Origin: Octopus vulgaris
Lineage: Eukaryota
Reading direction: 5' to 3'
NCBI GenBank assembly: GCA_951406725.2
Contig: OX597842.1
Coordinates: forward strand, 20,274,001 to 20,338,000
Length of the DNA: 64,000 bases
Shown: one piece after another, positions 54,844-64,000 of the stretch
Position numbering within the stretch: the stretch's first letter is position 1
Layout of the letters: each line of letters begins with the position of its first letter
Notes under the pieces: model-generated
Databases searched by the model: none
What the model was told of the DNA's origin: nothing
Seen by the model: the letters and a program-made list of their open reading frames with translations, nothing else
Translations under genes and position numbers: made by a program

Positions 54844-55195
54844 TGAGTAGATGGCTTCCAGAGGAGAAGAGCAGAAATTACCTCGTTTTCAGCTCTACAA
54901 CAATGTCCAGCAAACTGGACTCTCCTACCTTTCACAAGAGAGGACACAGGTGGTAGTTTCCCATATATTTGTACTTTGGTTGGATGACGCCTCCACAAGA
55001 GATTTTGAGCTCTCATAAGGAGGCGAGTGTAGGTTCCATCTAACCGCCTCTCAAGCTTCTTTGATAACATCCAGGTTTCTGAGCCATAGAGTAGAATTGG
55101 TTCGACTGTGGCTTTGAAGATTTTAAGTTTGAAGTCTCTACTTAGATTTGATGACCACATCTTATGCATATAATTACAGGCTGACCAGGCCATAC
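54783..55195 (-). mobile_element. RTE LINE ORF C-terminal fragment
   Basis: LKIFKATVEPILLYGSETW...LDGTYTRLL...FAGHC motifs. Confidence 0.85.
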
Positions 55196-56239
55196 CCCTA
55201 TAGTTAGAAAATCTTTTTCAGATGATGAAGTTCCATCCAACCGCCTCTCAAGCTTCTTTGATAACGTCCAGGTTTCTGAGCCATATAGTAGAAAACTTGA
55301 AGACTTGAATTAGACATAGAAGAATGAGAATCATTTCTTGACGAAGAACCAAATGAAGAGGAATCTGAAGAGAATTGAACCTGGTACCTCCAAGATGTTA
55401 TCATGAAGATTCCATAAAAAGATGCTCGTGCCCCAGGTCAAAAGATCGTAAGACAAGAAATTGCTTCCAAAAGAAGAGAGTAAAGCTGAGGAAGAAATAA
55501 GAGATGATGAGGGAGGAACTGAAGCAGATGGCATGTTGCAGACTTCACCAGATGATTCTTTAGAAGGAAGGGAAGAAGCTGATGATGAAGATGAACAGCA
55601 GACTACCAGGAACAGAGAAAAACATTTTTTAGGCAAATCAAAATCAAAATCGCAATCAATTAACATCAATGGAATTTGTAGCTGTGATACCAGTGTCGGT
55701 GGCATGTAAGGGAACCATCCGAACATGGCCGTAGCCAGCGCCGCCCTGACTGGCCTCCGTGGCGGTGGCACGTAAAAAGCACCATCCGATTGTGGCCTTT
55801 GCCAGCGCTGCCTTGACTGGCTTCTGTGCCGGTGACACATTAAAAGCACCTACTACACCCACGGAGTGGTTGGCATTAGGAAGGGCATCCAGCTGTAGAA
55901 ACACTGCCAGATCAGACTGGAGCCTGGTGCAGCCTCCTGGCTTCCCAGACCCCAGTTGAACCGTCCAACCCATGCTAGCATGGAAAACAGACGTTAAACG
56001 ATGATGATGATGATAATGGAACTTTCTGGAAAGGAATTCCCCCATGCCTTCCACGGCATACACGTGCATAGAACAATTACCAGGATTCCCCAGGACCCAA
56101 GAGGAGCAGCAAAACCTGTGTCTGCTGTAAAGGTCTTTGTTTCTCAGACAAGAACTTCTGAATGAATTCGAAGCTTGCAGTAATATCTACATTGAAAATA
56201 AACAACGAAAATATGAAGATAGGTGAAAAGAGACACTTA

Positions 56240-56963
56240 GGCGTAGGAGTGGCTGTGTGGTAAGTAGCTTGCTTACCAACCACATGGTTCCGGGTTCAGT
56301 CCCACTGCGTGGCATCTTTGGCAACTGTCTTCTATTATAGCCTCAGGCCAACCAAAGCCTTGTGAGTGGATTTGGTAGACGGAAACTGAAAGAAGCCCGT
56401 CGTATATATGTAGGCGTAGGAATGGCTGTGTGGTAAGTAGCTTGCTTACCAACCACATGGTTCCGGGTTCAGTCCCACTGCGTGGCATCTTGGGCATGTG
56501 TCTTCTACTATAGCCTCGGGCCAACCAAAGCCTTGTGAGTGGATTTGATAGACGGAAACTGAAAGAAGCCCGTTGTATATATGTAGGTGTAGGAGTGGCT
56601 GTGTGGTAAGTAGCTTGCTTACCAACCACATAGTTCTGGGTTCAGTCCCACTGCGTAGCATCTCGGGCAAGTGTCTTCTACTATAGCCTCGGGCCAACCA
56701 AAGCCTTGTGAGTGGATTTGGTAGACGGAAACTGAAAGAAGCCCGTCGTATATATGTATATAAACGTGTGTGTTTGTGCCCCCAACATCACTTGACAACC
56801 GATGCTGGTGTGATTACGTCCTCGTAACTTAGCGGTTCGGCAAAAGAGACCGATAGAATAAGTACGAGGCTTACAAAGAATAAGTCTTGGGGTCGATTTG
56901 CACGACTAAAAGGCGGTGCTCCAGCATGGCCGCAGTCAAATGACTGAAACAAGTAAAAGAGTA
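56240..56963 (+). mobile_element. SINE family B with a triplicated 173-bp head
   Basis: Heads at 56240, 56413 and 56586; single tail. Confidence 0.85.
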
Positions 56964-57428
56964 ATGAAAGGGAGATGAAAGCTACAATAGGACTTCTTTA
57001 TCTGTTGGGAGTTTTACAGGCAACCGAACGAATATGGAAGATGTTTGGGCAACGGACGGTACAGGAATTAAAATTTTTCCAGCAACTATATATTTGCAGA
57101 AGTTTCATTTCTCGCTGGGGTCTCTGAGGTTTGATGACATCCACACCTGAGCTGAAAGGAGGCGAGAGGATAAGATTGCACCTTTTAGAAAGTCCTTTGA
57201 GAAATTTATGGCTAAGTGTATCTTGAATTATAATGTCTTAGTGTATGCGACAGTAGATGAAATGTTGGCTGCCTTTACAGAGAACTATCCATTTTAAACC
57301 AGCAAAATATGGCATTAAAATTTTTTCTTTTGGCCGATGCTAAAACTTTCTATGCATCATATATGGAGGTCTACTTGGGGAAACAAGCAGAAGGCCCTTC
57401 TATAGGTAATTCAGGAGCAGCAGTGGTA

Positions 57429-57796
57429 GTGCAGGCGCAATGGCCCAATGGTCAGGGCAGCGGACTCGTGGTCAGAGGATCGCGGTTTTGATTTCCAGAC
57501 CAGGCGTTGTATGTGTTTATTGAGCGAAAAACACCTAAAGCTCCATGAGGCTCCAGCAAGGGGTAGTGGCGACCCCTGTTGTACTCTTTCGCCCCAACTT
57601 TCTCTCACTCTTTCTTCCTGTTTCTTGTCCCCGACTTCCTACGCAACCACTGAGCCTGGATGCGCATTCATCCATCCGTCGATGCTCTCAGTGTCGGGGG
57701 TTGACCTGCTTTCTCTCCTGCGGGTCTTACGAATAGCAAAGGACCACGTTTCGGACTTCTCCCACAAGGACGAAGATCGCTACACTCAACAGCAAC
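57429..57796 (+). mobile_element. SINE with a family A head and a 13-bp TSD, inside the piggyBac ORF
   Basis: AGCAGCAGTGGTA at 57416-57428 and 57797-57809. Confidence 0.85.
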
Positions 57797-60559
57797 AGCA
57801 GCAGTGGTAAAATGGTTGGGGTCTCATATAAAAGGGACTGGAAGAAATATTACCATGGATAATTGGTTTACAAGTTATGGATTTAGAGTTAATCTCTTGG
57901 AGAAATATAGATTAACATTTGTTGACCCTTTCAGAAAGAACAAGATAGAACTTCCCCCTCAGTTTGTTGCCACAAGAGGCAGAACTGAATATACAAGCTT
58001 GTTTGGTTTCCAGAAGGATGTTACACTGACCCCATATGTTCCCACGAAAGGTAAAAATGTCGTCCTATGGAGTACAATGCATCATGATGCTGCAATTGAT
58101 GTAAGTACAAAAGAAAAAAGAAAACCAGAGATTAGAACCTTCTACAACATTACTAAAGGAGGGGTAGGCCCCGTGGTGGATCAATTGTGTTCCATGTACG
58201 ATGTTTCCAGAAATACTCGATGTTGGCCACTTACAGTTTTCTTCACCATACTCAATGTTGCAGGAATAAATGTATACAATATGTTCATGGCAAACCCTCA
58301 AACAGCTATCAGGGTCTGAAAGTTTCTGAGGGAATCGGGACTGAAGTTGGTGGAGGACCAAATTCATCATTGCAAGACAAAACCCATCCATATTTGAGGA
58401 AAGACATGGAAAATAAGATTCGACATTTCTCAGCATCTAAAGAATTACCTCCAAGATGGCATGTAAAAAGCACCATCCGATCGTGGCCGTTACCAGCCTC
58501 CCCTGGCACCTGTGCCGGTGACACGTAAAAAGCACCCACTACACTCATGGAGTGGTTGTCGTTAGGAAGGGCATCCAGCCATAGAAACACTGCCAGATCA
58601 GACTGGGCCTGGCACAGCCTTCTGGCGCAGCCTTCTGGCGCAGCCTTCTGGCTTCCCAGACCCCAGTTGAACCGTCCAACCCATGCTAGCATGGAAAGCG
58701 GATGCTAAACGATGATGATGATGATGTTATCATGAAGATTTCATACAAAGATGGTCATTATGCCCCAGGTCAAAAGATCACAAAACAAGAAATTGCTTCC
58801 AAAAGTTCTCCAAGCCAATCTGCTTGCAACATGCGATGCACATCTGCATCGACTTCTTTGCTCAGAGTGATGAGGATGAGAGTGCAAACAATGAGTAAAC
58901 AGTGAATATGAAAGGACCACTCTCCCCTCCGTAAGATACTTTTATCTAGTTTCACTTTCATTTTCAAAGAGTACTCGCTTGTTTTTGTTTACATGTTAAA
59001 CACATTATATCGGAATATGGTTTTTGGTAATATTATTGCTTAGGAACACATCAAAATCATAGAAAATATTAAAAAATAAGCTAAAACTATTAATGGGGTT
59101 CTCCATACCCCAACCACACCAATGATGAAAAATACAGAACTACCCCACCAGTGGGTTAAGATGGTTCATCATAAAGCCATTGGAAGACATTTTAAAATAG
59201 TTTTGCAGAGAACTTTGCAAGTTTCTTTGCTTGTGAATCAGTTGTCACGTCTACAAATGATGGTGTCCCTGAGTCTTTTCAAAGTGATTCAGAAAACAAT
59301 TATATATTTTTTGTCTATTCTAAATGATCTTGACATTGTTTTTGACTTTACATAAAATATTCTTTACATTCTACTGTTGTTTTATTGTCATTTATTTACA
59401 AGTATTATAAATTTTATTGGTAAAATATTTTTCTGGGAATGAATTACAATTTATAACATTGCTTCTATGGGAAATTATTGCTTTGCTTTATGAGTTTTCC
59501 CTTCAGGAGCAATCTCCAGGAAGAAATTAACTCATATATCAAGGCATTATTGTATCTGACATTATTTTGGCACAAGGCCAGCAATTTCAGGGGAAGGAGT
59601 AAGTTGAATAACCACATGGATCAGCATGTGTGCTTTTTACATGAACTGGCACAAATGCTTCTTACAGGGAGTGGCATTGCACGATATATCTATATATATA
59701 AAGCTGAAGTTGTCCGTGTGTGTGATGCAGGTTTTGCAGCCTTCAACTAACACTATCTCCTAAGAGACACTGTGATGTCATTTATTTACAAGTTTTATAA
59801 ATTTTAGAGGTAAAATATTTTTCTGGGAATGAATTAGGATTTATAACATTGCTTCTAGAATACAGTTTTTGGTAATATTATTGCTTAGGAACACATCTAA
59901 AGTCATAAAAAGTACTAAAAAAAATGGCTAAAACTATTAATGGGGTTCTCCATACCCCACTGCATTAATCATGAAAAAATACAGAACTACCCCACCAGTG
60001 GGTTAATATTTTATCATAAAGCCATTGGAAGACATTTTTAAGTAGTTTTGCAGAGAAAATATGGCAAAAGTTTGCTTTAAGCTCAGCATATAACTTCTCG
60101 TAACTTCTATATTTTTAGGAATATTTTTTTTTGCATAATCGTACGATTGTGATTATACAAGTAAAGAAACAAAATTGGTGCATGTTTTAAGGGCCATTTA
60201 GCTTACAGTAGTGTCCCCTTTTCCCTGTTTAGGAATTGAACCCACAATTTTCCCTGTTTAGGAATTGACTTCACAGATCTTGCAAACTTTGATCAGCCAT
60301 TTGCTATTTTGCCAAGCATGTACTGTCGGAAACATACTCTGTCTTTGTACCTCACCCTACCCTCATAAATGGCTAGGCATTTATGAGGGTATATCAGAAT
60401 ATGGTTTTTGGTAATAGTATTGCTTAAGAACACATCTAAAGTCATAAAAAGTATAGAAAATGGCTAAAACTATTATATTAACATATAAACAAAAACAAAT
60501 GAGTACTCTTTGAAAATGAAAGTGAAACAAGATAAAAGTATCTTATGGTTAGAGACTCA

Positions 60560-60960
60560 TTTATAAGCATTATGATGAAGGTCTTATTTTAAATAAGGGA
60601 CCAGTTTGGTTCTCCACCTACTGGCCCACTACTAGTGTCTTCAGTGTAGGTATTGTGACAGTTTTAAAAATCCTGTCTCTATCATGATACTGGAAACATG
60701 AAAGTCACTAAAAGCTTCTTCGCTGCTCCAATCGTTTGCTATTCTGGGTAACTTGCTTATTCTCATTATTATATTTATAGCAGAAAATGCTTGGATTTCA
60801 TCTAAGCATGTGGGTGGCCAGAAATGGTCCTTTCTACCACATTGCTTATATTCTGTGTAGCAATGGTTTTGCACAGTAATCGCTTCCAACAAACTAGGAG
60901 GGAAAAAATAAAAGAAGGTCAAATGGTTTTGTCTCCTGGAAATCACTGTGACTAGGTCCA
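60560..60960 (-). mobile_element. Second piggyBac-like transposase fragment (N-terminal region)
   Basis: FFPPSLLEAIT...WPPTCLDEIQAF...KLPRIANDWS...FLKLSQYLH resembles the PGBD N-terminal core. Confidence 0.65.
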
Positions 60961-60964
60961 ATCT

Positions 60965-61720
60965 CTTTTCTCTTTTTACTTGTTTCAGTCATTTGACTGC
61001 GGCCATGCTGGAGCACTGCCTTTAATCGAGCAACTCGACCCTGGGACTTATTCTTTGTAAGCCCAGTACTTATTCTATTGGTCCCCTTTTACCGAACCGC
61101 TAAGTCACGGGGACATAAACACACCAGCATCGGTTGTCAAGCAATGCTAGGGGGACAAACACAAACACGCACAATCATATATATATATATACATATATAC
61201 AACAGGCTTCTTTCAGTTTCCGTCTACCAAATGCACACACAAGGCTTTGGTCGTCCCGAGGCTATAGTAGAAGACACTTGCCCAAGGTGCCATGCAGTGG
61301 GACTGAACCCGGAACCATGTGGTTGGTAACCAAGCTACTTACCACACAGCCGCTCCTACACCTATATATATATATACATACGATGTTCTTCTTTCAGTTT
61401 CCGTCTACCAAATCCACTCACAAGGCTTTGGTCGTCCCGAGGCTATAGTAGAAGACACTTGCCCAAGGTGCCATGCAGTAGGACTGAACCCGGAACCATG
61501 TGGTTGGTAACCAAGCTACTTACCACACAGCCGCTCCTACACCTATATATATATATACATACGATGGGCTTCTTTCAGTTTCCGTCTACCAAATCCACTC
61601 ACAAGGCTTTGGTCGTCCCGAGGCTATAGTATAAGACACTTGCCCAAGGTGCCACGCAGCGGGACTGAACCTGGAACCATGTGGTTGGTAAACAAGCTAC
61701 TTACCACACAGCCGCTCCTA
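60965..61720 (-). mobile_element. SINE family B with a triplicated ~180-bp head
   Basis: Three GCTACTTACCACACAGCC heads in tandem; single tail. Confidence 0.85.
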
Positions 61721-62484
61721 AACAGTATTCAAACATTTGTTACAGTCAGATACAAGTTCGTTTTCTTTGTCACTGAGTTATTGTCTGAATTACTTTCACT
61801 TTCATAAACAGAAATATCTCATTCGATTTCAGACACCAGGATTTTGTTTGTGCTGAATATTTTGTTCGATTTTATTTCTATGTCTTCAGACAACAAATTC
61901 TGATTTACTCGACAACATAAAACAGTTATTGATCTCTAATCAGTATTAAAAAAGTCTCAAAACCACAATGTAGAAAATATGTGTTTGCGTGCGTTTGTGT
62001 GGAGGGTGGGGGGATCTTAAGAAATTCGCAGAGGTCGGATACCTCATCAAATATCAGAATTTCATCTGTCTTTACATTCTGGGTTCATATCCTGCCAAGG
62101 TCGACTTTGCCTTCCATCTTTCGGAGATCAATGAAATAATTACTAATTGAACAATGGTGTCTGATGTAATTGACCTATCTGCTCCTGGGTAAAAGTAAAA
62201 AACCTGAACACCTCTGCCAGGCCATGTTGGAACAGTGTGGTTCAGATATACATTTATTACATATATATATATATATATATATCATCATCATCATCATCAT
62301 CATTTAGCGTCCGCTTTCCATGCTAGCATGGGTTGGATGGTGCAACTGGGGTCTGGGAAGCCAGAAGGCTGCACCAGGCCCAGTCTGATTTGGCAATGTT
62401 TCTATGGCTGGATGCCCTTCCTAACGCCAACCACTCCATGAGTGTAGTGGGTGCTTTTTACATGCCAGACAAGGCTGGCAAACG

Positions 62485-62529
<45 letters not shown>

Positions 62530-62714
62530 TAAGCAATAAAGGGTTTAGCAACGAATTGCCTCACCACATACCGAATTTAGAAATAGCAGTCAAAGAGTTA
62601 TAGCTATTTCTTCTACTAAAAAGGGAGATCTCAGTAAAAACAGCAATTGGAAGGCAGACACAAACAGGTAAGAGAGGATGAATTGATGGCAATCTATCAT
62701 ACAATTTTAAGTTA

Positions 62715-62815
62715 TCTACGGACGTACGTTTCGAAATCAAGTTTTTAGGAAAGGATAAGAATTAAATATTAAAATAATTCTATCTTACCAAAACTTCTTT
62801 TCTCTTCAGCGTAGA
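62715..62815 (-). ncRNA. Type I hammerhead ribozyme, intact core, extended helix II (unit 1)
   Basis: UCUACG-CUGAAGA-GAAA...UUUC-GAAA-CG-UA-CGUCCGUAGA; predicted cleavage between 62725 and 62724. Confidence 0.82.
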
Positions 62816-63308
62816 ATACTATAATCATAAATGATTATATATTGAATTTTGAGATACTAGAAGGCACCAACTCAACTCAGTATCAGAGCGAGCTAGAATC
62901 CGCAACTAGTATCACCAAATTCAATGTGTGAATGAAAGGATTGTGTCACCAGCCCCTTCCCACCCGCGTGTAGCCAAAACAAGATGCTGTGGTCATCTAC
63001 TGAGATAAAATATGGTTATCCGTAATAATGAAGGGTGAAATTAATTAATTTGGAATAATTATCAATTACACCAAGTAGTCTTCGGCATGTAAAAGCCTCA
63101 TTCGAGGAGAATTTAAGTAATACTAAGCAATAAAGGGTTTAGCAACGAATTGCCTCACCACATACCGAATTTAGAAATAGCAGTCAAAGAGTTATAGCTA
63201 TTTCTTCTACTAAAAAGGGAGATCTCAGTAAAAACAGCAATTGGAAGGCAGACACAAACAGGTAAGAGAGGATGAATTGACGGCAATCTATCATACAATT
63301 TTAAGTTA

Positions 63309-63409
63309 TCTACGGACGTACGTTTCGAAATCAAGTTTTTAGGAAAGGATAAGAATTAAATATTAAAATAATTCTATCTTACCAAAACTTCTTTTCTCTT
63401 CAGCGTAGA
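63309..63409 (-). ncRNA. Type I hammerhead ribozyme (unit 2)
   Basis: Same motif offset by 594 bp. Confidence 0.82.
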
Positions 63410-63902
63410 ATACTATAATCATAAATGATTATATATTGAATTTTGAGATACTAGAAGGCACCAACTCAACTCAGTATCAGAGCGAGCTAGAATCCGCAAC
63501 TAGTATCACCAAATTCAATGTGTGAATGAAAGGATTGTGTCACCAGCCCCTTCCCACCCGCGTGTAGCCAAAACAAGATGCTGTGGTCATCTACTGAGAT
63601 AAAATATGGTTATCCGTAATAATGAAGGGTGAAATTAATTAATTTGGAATAATTATCAATTACACCAAGTAGTCTTCGGCATGTAAAAGCCTCATTCGAG
63701 GAGAATTTAAGTAATACTAAGCAATAAAGGGTTTAGCAACGAATTGCCTCACCACATACCGAATTTAGAAATAGCAGTCAAAGAGTTATAGCTATTTCTT
63801 CTACTAAAAAGGGAGATCTCAGTAAAAACAGCAATTGGAAGGCAGACACAAACAGGTAAGAGAGGATGAATTGACGGCAATCTATCATACAATTTTAAGT
63901 TA

Positions 63903-64000
63903 TCTACGGACGTACGTTTCGAAATCAAGTTTTTAGGAAAGGATAAGAATTAAATATTAAAATAATTCTATCTTACCAAAACTTCTTTTCTCTTCAGCGT
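63903..64000 (-). ncRNA. Type I hammerhead ribozyme (unit 3; helix I cut by the window edge)
   Basis: Same motif; the window ends in TCTTCAGCGT, so the core is complete. Confidence 0.78.

Larger units (their letters stand above)
55320..59159 (+). mobile_element. Decayed piggyBac (PGBD-like) transposon fragmented by SINE insertions
   Basis: Acidic N-terminus; VDEML and KPAKYGIK-like pieces; GRNITMDNWFTS; YNITKGGV...DQ; Cys-rich C-terminus CPRSKDHKTRNC...ICLQH (~58761-58857). The right end CAGTGGG-TTAA at 59159 is duplicated at ~60006. Confidence 0.85.
62527..64000 (-). repeat. 594-bp near-identical tandem repeat (>=2.5 units, runs off the window), Penelope/retrozyme-like
   Basis: TACTAAGCAATAAAGGG at 62527, 63121 and 63715; abuts a (TA)n tract; no ORF in the track. 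Confidence 0.93.

Noticed and set aside
53176-54956. Series of 91-aa repeated ORFs
   Set aside because: Antisense translations of the 140-bp RTE-derived tandem repeat.
63071-63110. Second hammerhead-like motif in the 594-bp unit (minus CGAAUGA-GGC...GCC-GAAG)
   Set aside because: Both core strands deviate from CUGANGA/GAAA and there is no convincing helix I or III.

Overview
AT-rich, repeat-dense animal DNA, most likely from a coleoid cephalopod (Octopus-like). This is inferred from the CDICGKSF-type C2H2 zinc-finger array, the tRNA-derived SINEs and the (TA)n tracts. Host genes are a frameshifted ~22-finger C2H2 ZNF gene, one histone quartet (H2A<-/->H2B with a frameshift, H4<-/->H3; stem-loops present, no H1) and a four-coding-exon gene missed by the ORF track. 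That gene encodes a 143-aa protein: signal peptide, divergent Ig-like domain, GPI-type tail. The rest is mobile DNA: a 9-kb, ~148-bp satellite made from the left end of a GG-terminated, 8-bp-TSD (Merlin-like) MITE, other Merlin-like elements, a gag-protease-only LTR element, CR1-type and RTE LINEs, piggyBac fossils and SINEs. Several Penelope-type repeat families carry type I hammerhead ribozyme motifs. Two cases stand out: a 594-bp tandem array with an intact hammerhead core in every unit, and a sense-strand tandem hammerhead pair in an intron of the GPI-Ig gene. Everything was read by eye; repeat boundaries are approximate unless TIRs, TSDs or splice sites are quoted.
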